Virus record (IMG/VR): IMGVR_UViG_3300012667_000378
Span: 1-35,075 of that record
Length of the DNA stretch: 35,075 nucleotides
Reading direction: 5' to 3' (one strand)
Source: a virus
Lineage: Duplodnaviria; Caudoviricetes
This document shows, piece by piece, positions 1 through 10,894 of this stretch. The notes below the pieces were generated by a model that saw nothing but the letters and a program-made list of their open reading frames with translations, ran no database searches and was not told the DNA's origin. Every line of letters begins with the position of its first letter. Within the stretch, counting starts at the first letter, position 1. A program made the translations under genes and the position numbers.

Positions 1-55
1 AAATTTCCCAATTTATTTGTATTATATTTGCTGCGGGATTTATCGGACAAAAAAT
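1..55. repeat. 55-bp terminal direct repeat (copy 1), circular-assembly overlap
   Basis: Identical to 35021-35075; an ORF starting at 34843 reads through the junction to TAA at 60-62. Confidence 0.95.
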
Positions 56-63
56 TAAATAAC

Positions 64-297
64 ATGAAACCTATAACCTTACCGATCCTTTGCCACAATA
101 GCGACACGATCTTATTTAAAGAGTTAGGCGTCGAGTATAATTACGCAGACCTAGACGAAGTCGAGTTTATGTTTTTCAATATAGACTTTGCTTGCGGTAA
201 TTTTAGGGACGGCATGCACTTAACCGAAATCGTAGTAAACGAGGAAGCATACGTTGTCAACTTACCTTTTGAACAATTTAAACAACTATTTATATAA
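64..297 (+). CDS. Hypothetical phage protein (77 aa)
   Basis: The ORF track starts at TTG 28, but ATG 64 follows the stop (60-62) of the junction-spanning ORF, so it is the more likely start. Confidence 0.7.
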   Translation: MKPITLPILCHNSDTILFKELGVEYNYADLDEVEFMFFNIDFACGNFRDGMHLTEIVVNEEAYVVNLPFEQFKQLFI

Positions 298-419
298 TGG
301 CAAAAGCAACAAGCGACGCGCGTAAAGTTACCTTTGGTAAGCGCAAAGAAGGATCAGCAAAGAAGAGTTATAACAAACATTCTCCTAAACCTAAGCAATA
401 TCGTGGTCAAGGACGCTAA
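297..419 (+). CDS. Small basic phage protein (40 aa) ending KQYRGQGR
   Basis: Not in the ORF track. TAATG overlap with the upstream gene. Translates MAKATSDARKVTFGKRKEGSAKKSYNKHSPKPKQYRGQGR; the YRGQGR ending recurs in small phage proteins. Confidence 0.75.
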   Translation: MAKATSDARKVTFGKRKEGSAKKSYNKHSPKPKQYRGQGR

Positions 420-1428
420 AATTATACAGGTACTAGGCATAACGCAAAAGCTAAGCGGCTGCGGTTGGCACAGGGTAACCATGCCTCTTGCTTTCTTGCC
501 GGACTCTTACAACCATGTTTGTAATATACCTACTAAGGAAATCTTAGAAGAGCGCCAATTTGAAATATTGCTTTACAATAGGTTTAGTCAATTCGATAAT
601 GATTGGGACGAAACAAAAAAGCATTTTAAGGTTGTCATGGATTTAGACGACGATTGGGAGTTACCATATAACCACCCGCTATATCATGGCTACGAATCAC
701 ATAAGAAGCGAATCATTAATAACATGTTTAACGCTGACTTAGTTACTTGCACAAACGAAAGGATTGCAAACAAAGTAAGTAAGTACAACAAGAACGTTTT
801 AGTATTGCCGAACTGCATACCATACGGCGAGCATCAATACAACGACGATAAATATTATAGCGACAAGACGCGTATCTTTTGGGCCGGCGGATCGACGCAC
901 CTAGAGGACATTAAGTTATTAGCGAATCCGTTTAAAAGATTAAGCGCACTATCTAATATTGAAATGGTCTTAGGCGGATATACCGAGTCCGATCCTGTAA
1001 GTAAAGCATATTGGGACAAAGTATTTAGTATGTTTACAAACGGCGGTAAGTTAGCTAATAGAAAACTTGCAAGCGAATTACCGACTAATTATATGGAGCA
1101 TTTTAAACATGCGGATATTATGGTTGTACCTTTGCAACAAAGTCCTTGGCATGCAAGCAAGAGCAATCTTAAGTTGCTAGAGGCTGCGTCTAAAAAGGTA
1201 GCCGTAGTTGTTAGCGACGTCGAGCCTTATAACTTAGATAAGGACGCGCCTGTACTTTGGGTAAAGAATCAAAGCGATTGGTATAAGCACATATCATTTT
1301 TAGTAAACAACCCGCAAGAAAGAATCAAGTTAGGTAACGAGCTTTTTGAGTGGGCAAAAAATAAATATAACAATGAGCGAATCAATGAAACTAGACGACA
1401 AGCATTTGGCGACCTTGTTAAAGCATAA
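403..1428 (+). CDS. GT-B fold glycosyltransferase (GT4-like)
   Basis: SGCGWHRVTMP N-terminus, DLDDDW, and C-terminal ADIMVVPL..KSNLKLLEAAS..VVSDVEPY, typical of GT4-like enzymes. Start moved from TTG 334 to in-frame GTG 403 because 334 lies deep inside the 297-419 gene. Confidence 0.85.
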   Translation: MVKDAKIIQVLGITQKLSGCGWHRVTMPLAFLPDSYNHVCNIPTKEILEERQFEILLYNRFSQFDNDWDETKKHFKVVMDLDDDWELPYNHPLYHGYESHKKRIINNMFNADLVTCTNERIANKVSKYNKNVLVLPNCIPYGEHQYNDDKYYSDKTRIFWAGGSTHLEDIKLLANPFKRLSALSNIEMVLGGYTESDPVSKAYWDKVFSMFTNGGKLANRKLASELPTNYMEHFKHADIMVVPLQQSPWHASKSNLKLLEAASKKVAVVVSDVEPYNLDKDAPVLWVKNQSDWYKHISFLVNNPQERIKLGNELFEWAKNKYNNERINETRRQAFGDLVKA

Positions 1429-1615
1429 GCACTTCTACGACCTGTTTAAAACGAGCGGCGAATTAGTAGGCTTTACACATGAAATACAAAACGAGTTGCT
1501 TGAGGTCATGCGTACTAAAGATCCGTACTTTACTTACAATAGTAGGTGCGGCGCATGCGTTGGATCTTTTTTAGTTAACACTTATAAAACTTTTAATGAG
1601 TACATTCATTCATAA
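1385..1615 (+). CDS. Hypothetical protein with CxxC (RCGACV)
   Basis: ORF bridging the GT and the acyltransferase; start uncertain (1346/1373/1385). Confidence 0.6.
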   Translation: MKLDDKHLATLLKHKHFYDLFKTSGELVGFTHEIQNELLEVMRTKDPYFTYNSRCGACVGSFLVNTYKTFNEYIHS

Positions 1616-2084
1616 GACGGCAATAATAGGGCCAAACGTAAAGCTTGGCGATAATGTTTATATCGGGCCTTATTGTGTAATAGGCGAGCCGGCCGAACAT
1701 AAGTTATTTTGGAATGCGCCAATAGGCGAAGTAGTAATTGGAGACGATTGTGTTATTACCGGCCATGTAACTATTGACGCGGGTACAACGGACGTAACGA
1801 CAATAGGAGCGGGCGTATGGTTGTTAAAGCATAGCCACGTCGGACACGATTGCGTTATAGGTAATAACGTAACGATAAGCTGCGGAGCAAAGATTGGAGG
1901 CCATACGATTATTGGCGATAGGTGTAATATTGGACTTAATGCGGTTATTCATCAAAAGCAAATCATTGCTAAGGATTGTATGATTGGAATGGGTGCAGTT
2001 GTAACTAAGAAGCTGCATACAATACACGCTACAAAATACGCCGGCAATCCGGCTAAGGAAATAGGTAAAAATATTATACCATGA
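1596..2084 (+). CDS. LpxA-like hexapeptide-repeat (left-handed beta-helix) acyltransferase
   Basis: FIHKTAII, IGPYCVIG, VTIDAGT, HVGHDC, GGH, VIHQ and GNPA match the LpxA motif order; the C-terminal helical domain is absent. Confidence 0.85.
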   Translation: MSTFIHKTAIIGPNVKLGDNVYIGPYCVIGEPAEHKLFWNAPIGEVVIGDDCVITGHVTIDAGTTDVTTIGAGVWLLKHSHVGHDCVIGNNVTISCGAKIGGHTIIGDRCNIGLNAVIHQKQIIAKDCMIGMGAVVTKKLHTIHATKYAGNPAKEIGKNIIP

Positions 2085-2680
2085 GAATACTTATCGCCGG
2101 CTTAATCTATGGCGACAGGCCTTTAGATATTTTGCAAGACAATTTATTAAACGCCGGATATAACGCAGACTTTAAGGCTATTTATAAAGAAGGAATTGCC
2201 AACGCTTTAAACGACGCGATAGACTTAGCGCTTGTTGACGAATACGACGCGATCGCTTATTTAGCTAACGACATAATCGAGCCTCAAGATTGGCTTGCTA
2301 AAAAGGTCGAAGCGTTACAACGTTATCCGGACGCCGGAATAGTTGCAAGCAGTTTAGACCATGCAAGACGCGGAATCAAGAGCGAGCATATTATATCTAA
2401 TTGGCTGCTAAGTATGAAGGTAGTTGAGCGAATAGGTATCTTTAACGAAGCCATGTTTCCCTACGGCCCTATTGACTTAGACTATTGCGAGCGGGCCAAC
2501 CTTGCCGGATTTAATACTTATTATGTATTGGATTGCTTAGCTGAGCATATAGGCTCACATGCTAGCGGGAATGAGTACGGATATAATAAGACCGAACTAT
2601 TACACAAAAATTGGGCGCAGCATGAAGCAGATATTAAAGGATATAGAAACGGAAGTAAAAAGATAACATTATGGAAATAA
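2081..2680 (+). CDS. GT-A fold glycosyltransferase (GT2-like)
   Basis: GIANALNDAI, AYLANDI, IGIFNEAMFPYGPIDLDYCERA..AGF and a terminal His, typical of GT2 proteins. Confidence 0.8.
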   Translation: MRILIAGLIYGDRPLDILQDNLLNAGYNADFKAIYKEGIANALNDAIDLALVDEYDAIAYLANDIIEPQDWLAKKVEALQRYPDAGIVASSLDHARRGIKSEHIISNWLLSMKVVERIGIFNEAMFPYGPIDLDYCERANLAGFNTYYVLDCLAEHIGSHASGNEYGYNKTELLHKNWAQHEADIKGYRNGSKKITLWK

Positions 2681-3099
2681 GAGCGCAAGTAACGAATAAA
2701 TTTAAAGACATAGACGAAGATAAGCTTATGGAGTTGGCCTTTGCTTATTGCGATAACTGCATGGAGGGACAAAAGCAAGTCGCAACAGGTAGCGGCAAGA
2801 TTGTGGAAATAAGAGACCGCTTCGTACCAACGATTGATTATTTTTTGGATCATTGGTTAAGAAAGCATGACTTCGAGTTTTATACAAGAATGGGCCTTTG
2901 GAAAATAAGGCAAGATCCTACGCACCCTTACCACGAAGTTGCAAACAGGATTGTAACCATGTTTAAGTCTTTGGCTATTGATATTGTAGCTAACGAAGGC
3001 AAAGCGATCTTCTATGCTAAGAATGCTCTAGGTATGACCGACAGGGCAACAACTGAAAATACAAACATAGAAACGATTACGATTAAGTATGAATCTTGA
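2671..3099 (+). CDS. Terminase small subunit
   Basis: Directly upstream of TerL; PT..., AIFYAKNALGMTDR motif of gp3-like small terminases. Confidence 0.7.
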   Translation: MEIRAQVTNKFKDIDEDKLMELAFAYCDNCMEGQKQVATGSGKIVEIRDRFVPTIDYFLDHWLRKHDFEFYTRMGLWKIRQDPTHPYHEVANRIVTMFKSLAIDIVANEGKAIFYAKNALGMTDRATTENTNIETITIKYES

Positions 3100-4255
3100 T
3101 ATTAAGTTACCTAAACCACACGCGGCACAAAAGCAAGTACTTGACTCGGACGCTAGATTTAGAGTTATGATGTGCGGCCGAAGGTTTGGTAAGTCTTTGA
3201 TTAGTCAAAACATATCAATAGAGACAGGCTTAAAAAGGCAGCACGTTGCATATATAACGCCTACTTACCAACTAGGTAAAATGTTTTTTAAGGAAATATG
3301 TAAGATATTACCGGACAAGGTTTATAAAAAGAATGAGACCGATTTACTTATTGACTTTGTAACCGGCGGCTCAGTTCGTTTTTATACCGGCGAGCGTTTA
3401 GACGCAATGCGTGGTACTAAGTTTCATTTGGTTATTATAGACGAAGCCTCATACATACCGAATCTTGAAGAAGGTTGGAATAATAGTATTAGACCTACGC
3501 TTACCGATTATAAGGGTAAGGCAATCTTTTTAAGTACGCCAAGAGGCAAGAACTATTTTTATAGTATGTTTATGCGTGGCGGCGAGCCGGATTGGGAATC
3601 TTTTAAGTTTACTACTTACGACAATCCGCATATCGATCCGACCGAAGTAGACGCGGCGGCGGCTCAGTTGCCGGCCGTAGTATTCAAACAAGAGTACCTT
3701 GCAGATCCTATGGAGAACGCGGCCAACCCTTTTGGCTCGGAGTTTATTTACGCATGTACTAAGACTACGCAAGGGACGGCGGCTTATTATGGTATTGACT
3801 TAGCTAAGTCGGTCGATTGGTCGGTTATTATAGGAATGGATAAGCAAGGCAATGTCGTACATTTCGAGCGCTTTCAAAAGGATTGGTTGCAGACTAAGGA
3901 AACAATTTCAAGGCTACCTAAAAACTTGCCGATAGTAATTGACTCGACAGGAGTAGGCGACGCGATAGTTGAAGAGTTACAAAAGAAGTTTACACAAATG
4001 CACGGCTTTAAGTTTACGGCTACAAGTAAGCAACAACTACTTGAGTCGTTAAGTAGTGCCATACAAACTAAGTCAATCAGTTATCCGGACGGCCCGATTA
4101 AACAAGAACTTGAGGTCTTTGAATATACGTTTACGCCAACAGGTGTAAGATACTCAGCGCCTCAAGGATTCCATGACGACTGCGTAATAGCTTTAGCGTT
4201 AGCCAATAAGTGCCGAATTGATCATAAACAAGTTGGCAAGTACCATGTAATCTAA
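3089..4255 (+). CDS. terL: Terminase large subunit
   Basis: Walker A GRRFGKS, Walker B VIIDEA, STP coupling motif, nuclease motifs GIDLA, IDSTG, HDDCVIALAL. Confidence 0.97.
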   Translation: MNLDIKLPKPHAAQKQVLDSDARFRVMMCGRRFGKSLISQNISIETGLKRQHVAYITPTYQLGKMFFKEICKILPDKVYKKNETDLLIDFVTGGSVRFYTGERLDAMRGTKFHLVIIDEASYIPNLEEGWNNSIRPTLTDYKGKAIFLSTPRGKNYFYSMFMRGGEPDWESFKFTTYDNPHIDPTEVDAAAAQLPAVVFKQEYLADPMENAANPFGSEFIYACTKTTQGTAAYYGIDLAKSVDWSVIIGMDKQGNVVHFERFQKDWLQTKETISRLPKNLPIVIDSTGVGDAIVEELQKKFTQMHGFKFTATSKQQLLESLSSAIQTKSISYPDGPIKQELEVFEYTFTPTGVRYSAPQGFHDDCVIALALANKCRIDHKQVGKYHVI

Positions 4256-4274
4256 TAAATATATCTAATAGAGT
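4240..4274 (+). promoter_or_regulatory. Putative phage late promoter GTACC-N16-ATATCTA, leaderless
   Basis: Same bipartite motif as 12670-12702 and 13711-13743, each ending AGT-ATG. Confidence 0.55.
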
Positions 4275-4913
4275 ATGAAGTTATCAATCGACAAATTCCA
4301 AAAGCTGCAAAGCATAGCGACGTTAGAAACCGACGAATTGTTAAAAGCAACTAGATTAGTTCAAGTATTAACTGACAAGACGGAAGCTGAAATTGACGCA
4401 ATGCCTGTGCAAAAGTTTGCTAAGCTATGCGATAAGCTAAAGAATGCTTTTGACATAACTATTGACGCTGCGACAATGTCAATGCCTAAAAGTATAATAA
4501 AAGCAAACGGCAAAATATATCATTTGAATTTTGACGTTAAGCAGCCATTTAATACCGGCCGTTATATCGAAGTGCTTACATTTAGTAAAGGCGATCCGAT
4601 AATGAACATGCACAATATCTTAGCTAGTATTTGTACTCCTATGCGTTGGAGTTGGAGAAAGCTAAGCTTTGTCAAGCTAGACTACGACGCGCTAAAGCAT
4701 GAAGAGTACGCAAACGATATGAAGCAAGCAGACTTTAAACACGGATATTTCGCAATGGTTTTTTTTTATCAAGTCTTAAAGCATTCAACGAGCAATACTA
4801 TGGATTGTTTGGTGTCGGAAATGAACTTGAGGAAAGTGAACAAAAAACGAGTTTATCAGTTGAAGAAAATTTTGCAAGTCATTGGGGGTGGATCTTCAAC
4901 GCAAAAGAAGTAA
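4275..4913 (+). CDS. Tail assembly chaperone (gpG-like, zero-frame product)
   Basis: Contains a T9 slippery run (4759-4767) that connects to an overlapping -1 ORF. Confidence 0.7.
   Translation: MKLSIDKFQKLQSIATLETDELLKATRLVQVLTDKTEAEIDAMPVQKFAKLCDKLKNAFDITIDAATMSMPKSIIKANGKIYHLNFDVKQPFNTGRYIEVLTFSKGDPIMNMHNILASICTPMRWSWRKLSFVKLDYDALKHEEYANDMKQADFKHGYFAMVFFYQVLKHSTSNTMDCLVSEMNLRKVNKKRVYQLKKILQVIGGGSSTQKK
4759..4767 (+). other. Programmed -1 ribosomal frameshift site (GTT TTT TTT TAT)
   Basis: The -1 frame has TAA at 4736-4738 and is then open from 4739 to 5041. Confidence 0.75.
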
Positions 4914-5041
4914 GCGAGTTTGAGGGAATACCCTTAGACAAAGTTTACGATTTGCCGGTTATACAATTCCTTAACGACTTGTCATATTTAAAGAGTAAAA
5001 AAGAACTACATGAGTATCAATATAAACAGGGCGCAAGCTGA
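4760..5041 (+). CDS. C-terminal part of frameshifted tail chaperone (gpGT-like)
   Basis: The -1 frame reads FFLSSLKAFNEQYYGLFG...FASHWGWIF...LSYLK; the ORF track shows only its distal part from TTG 4805. Confidence 0.7.
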   Translation, partial: FFLSSLKAFNEQYYGLFGVGNELEESEQKTSLSVEENFASHWGWIFNAKEVSEFEGIPLDKVYDLPVIQFLNDLSYLKSKKELHEYQYKQGAS

Positions 5042-5666
5042 TTTCCTTAGGGAGGGCGGCGATTTAGGAGGTACGAACATTATGGAGTTTGGCGTGGTCA
5101 ATGGCGTGCTTGAGCAATACGGCGAGGAATTGTTAAAGAATATTAGCTACTTCGGAAACAATAAAGGCGTAGTTGGTAGCGGGGAATTGCTTAGCAATAT
5201 GATACCGGAAGTAATAGAAGAGAACGGAGTTTCTATTTTTAGATTAAGAATGCTAGACTATTACGATTATCCAAACGAAGGGGTAAGAGGTGTTAATAGT
5301 TTTAAAAATGCGCCTAATTCTCCGTATCAATATAAAAACTACGGCATGAGTGAAAGCGGCCGAGCTTCGTTAAAAAGATACATACAAAGCGGGAAGGCTA
5401 AGATAACGAGTGTAAGGAATGACAAGGCGCTTGGTAAAGGTGGCGAAAAAATAGGGGTAAGCTTTAGCGGCAAAGGTACTTTAATAGATAGGCAAGTTGA
5501 TACTTTAGCTTATTTGATTAAAAGATTTGGTATTAAGACGACTAACTATTTTACGGACGCATTTAACAAGACCTTTGAAAATTTTGAGGTATCTATGGCT
5601 GAGGCGGTGGGCGCTGACATTGTAGTAACGTTTGAAAGAATTAATTTGAATCAAAGTAATAAGTAA
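5010..5666 (+). CDS. Putative tail completion/virion morphogenesis protein (HK97 gp10-like)
   Basis: SGELLSNM, YYDYPNEGVRG and IKRFGIKTTNYFTDAF pattern, plus position in the tail module. Confidence 0.55.
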   Translation: MSININRAQADFLREGGDLGGTNIMEFGVVNGVLEQYGEELLKNISYFGNNKGVVGSGELLSNMIPEVIEENGVSIFRLRMLDYYDYPNEGVRGVNSFKNAPNSPYQYKNYGMSESGRASLKRYIQSGKAKITSVRNDKALGKGGEKIGVSFSGKGTLIDRQVDTLAYLIKRFGIKTTNYFTDAFNKTFENFEVSMAEAVGADIVVTFERINLNQSNK

Positions 5667-5669
5667 ATA

Positions 5670-6800
5670 ATGGCAATAACAAATTTAGGTTATCCGAGTG
5701 GATCGCCTTCGGTACAAGATAGCCTTTGGCATATATTCGACTCAAATATAACGAGTACGGATTTAAAATATGTAGTCGACTTATACGTTGGCGGAGTGCA
5801 ACAAGTAAGAGTTAAATTATTCCCCGAGCCTCAAACAGGCATAGGATATTTTGACGCCGGCCCTATTGTTCGTAATACAATGACTTACCAATGGCTAACT
5901 CCTAATACAAGCGTATTAATGTGCGAGCCAAACGTAAGCGGACAAATAGCACAAACTTACCAATATAGAATAGGTGAGGAATATAGCGGAGTAACTTATT
6001 TAAACCTAGCGAGCGGAAACGTTACGGCTTATAACTTTGTAGCTCCAACCTTTAAAAGAAGAGTAACGGACTTAAGTGCTTACAATGGTAAGGCTTTAAG
6101 TAATAGACCTAGCGAAATAGATTTGTCTTTAGGAGACAATTTATACATAGGAGCTAAAGACGTGAGCGGCTTAGTTGTTTCAACTTATAATTATAGCAAT
6201 GCAAAGATAGCAGATACGACTTACTCGCTTGGCGGGACTAAGGCATTTGCTCAGCTTAACATAGGATCGCCGGCTTTGAACAATCCGAGCGCGGTAATTA
6301 CTGACTCGGTTAAATATTATACGATTACAATAGGAGCAAGCACATATCGAATAAACCTAGAATGTAACCCGAAGTATACAAGCTACAACTTACATTTTTT
6401 GAATCACTTAGGAATATTTGAGACGGCTAAATTTGATTTAGCAAGTAGGCTAACAATGGAGGTACAAAGAAAGTCTTTCGAAAAAAGAGACTATTCTTAC
6501 GGCGCTGACTCAGTTACTTATTACGACGCAAACGGAAAATATAATGATAGCAACGTAAACTACTTAAATAAAAAAGATCATAATTACAGGCTTACAATGA
6601 ATGCGCCTAGCGACGCTCAATACGAATGGCTTGCGGAGTTAATCGATTCGCCTCAAGTTTATTTTGAATTAGACGGATATTTTTACCCTGTAAGTATTAA
6701 TAACAATAACTACGAATATAGTAAATATGTCAATAATAGATTAAGAGTATTTGAAGTAGACATTAACATTAATCAAACGCGCTTTAGCCAATTAAGATAA
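5670..6800 (+). CDS. Virion structural/tail protein
   Basis: Beta-rich; FLNHLG..E and WLAELIDSPQVY motifs seen in Bacteroidota phage tail proteins; position. Confidence 0.6.
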   Translation: MAITNLGYPSGSPSVQDSLWHIFDSNITSTDLKYVVDLYVGGVQQVRVKLFPEPQTGIGYFDAGPIVRNTMTYQWLTPNTSVLMCEPNVSGQIAQTYQYRIGEEYSGVTYLNLASGNVTAYNFVAPTFKRRVTDLSAYNGKALSNRPSEIDLSLGDNLYIGAKDVSGLVVSTYNYSNAKIADTTYSLGGTKAFAQLNIGSPALNNPSAVITDSVKYYTITIGASTYRINLECNPKYTSYNLHFLNHLGIFETAKFDLASRLTMEVQRKSFEKRDYSYGADSVTYYDANGKYNDSNVNYLNKKDHNYRLTMNAPSDAQYEWLAELIDSPQVYFELDGYFYPVSINNNNYEYSKYVNNRLRVFEVDININQTRFSQLR

Positions 6801-6801
6801 T

Positions 6802-9915
<3,114 letters not shown>

Positions 9916-9924
9916 AAAAATAAC

Positions 9925-10890
9925 ATGATATATATTTGCACGCAACCTAAGATTATTTATTACGCATGGCACCTCGAAGTAATGCTTACCAACTTTAAGT
10001 CGGTAGGCATTCCCGACGATAAGATACACGTTTTATTGTCAGTAAGTAAGGATCAAAACGATAAAACAAATTGGCCGGAGACTAAGGCAATGTATGAAAG
10101 GTTAAAAGAAAAATTTAACACGATAGCATTTTTTGAGTACAAAGATACTCGCGTAATGCCTACTTACATACCTTCCGTAATTATGAATGCGGTTAAGCAC
10201 CATTATCAAGCTTACCCATATTTGCAAATGGAAAATGTATTTTTGCATGACTGCGACATGATATTTACTAAGCCGGTAGACTTTAGCGAATTAGAGCAAG
10301 ACGATTGCTGCTATGTCAGCGACTCAAAAGGTTTTATTTGGAGCGATTATATCTTAGAGAAAGGACAAGACCTTTACGAGGACATGTGCGACATTGTAGG
10401 CCTAGATTATAGCGTGCCAATAAAAAATAGGTTACATAGTGGCGGATCGCAATACATTTTTAAAAATGTCGATTATAAATTTTGGCAAAAGGTAGAAAGC
10501 GATAGCGTTGCCCTGTTTGATTATTTCCAAAAGAGCGAGCCGCTAAGAGTACAAAAGAATCCTACTTACTACGGCATTCAACAATTTACGGCCGGCATGT
10601 GGGGTATGCTTTGGAATTGTTGGTACTATGATTTAGACGTAAAGATTACGCCTAAGCTAGATTTTTGTTGGGGTACTGATCCAATCGAAAAATGGAGCAA
10701 GTGCGATATTTTCCACAATTCGGGAGTAACTTATGATATTGGTAAAACTCATAATATATTCTATAAAGGCGCTTACACGGATAAGCTACCTTATCAAGAC
10801 GTTATGAATACCGAATACAATGAGACCTTTGGCTCTTATAATTATACTAACATAATAAGACAAGTAGCACAAAATACTTGTTTAAAATAA
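9925..10890 (+). CDS. GT-A glycosyltransferase resembling peptidyl-Ser/Hyp O-glycosyltransferases (GT96/GT95-like)
   Basis: YYAWHLEVM, FLHDCDMIF (DxD), GGSQYIF, FTAGMWG and IFHNSG follow the motif order of SERGT1/HPAT as recalled. Confidence 0.65.
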   Translation: MIYICTQPKIIYYAWHLEVMLTNFKSVGIPDDKIHVLLSVSKDQNDKTNWPETKAMYERLKEKFNTIAFFEYKDTRVMPTYIPSVIMNAVKHHYQAYPYLQMENVFLHDCDMIFTKPVDFSELEQDDCCYVSDSKGFIWSDYILEKGQDLYEDMCDIVGLDYSVPIKNRLHSGGSQYIFKNVDYKFWQKVESDSVALFDYFQKSEPLRVQKNPTYYGIQQFTAGMWGMLWNCWYYDLDVKITPKLDFCWGTDPIEKWSKCDIFHNSGVTYDIGKTHNIFYKGAYTDKLPYQDVMNTEYNETFGSYNYTNIIRQVAQNTCLK

Positions 10891-10894
10891 TAAC

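Noticed and set aside
23-30. TATATTTG as a promoter and TTG 28 as a start
   Set aside because: Both lie inside the junction-spanning gene; ATG 64 is coupled to its stop.
1596-2084. Calling the gene lpxA
   Set aside because: It is truncated relative to LpxA and has no lipid A context, so no symbol was assigned.
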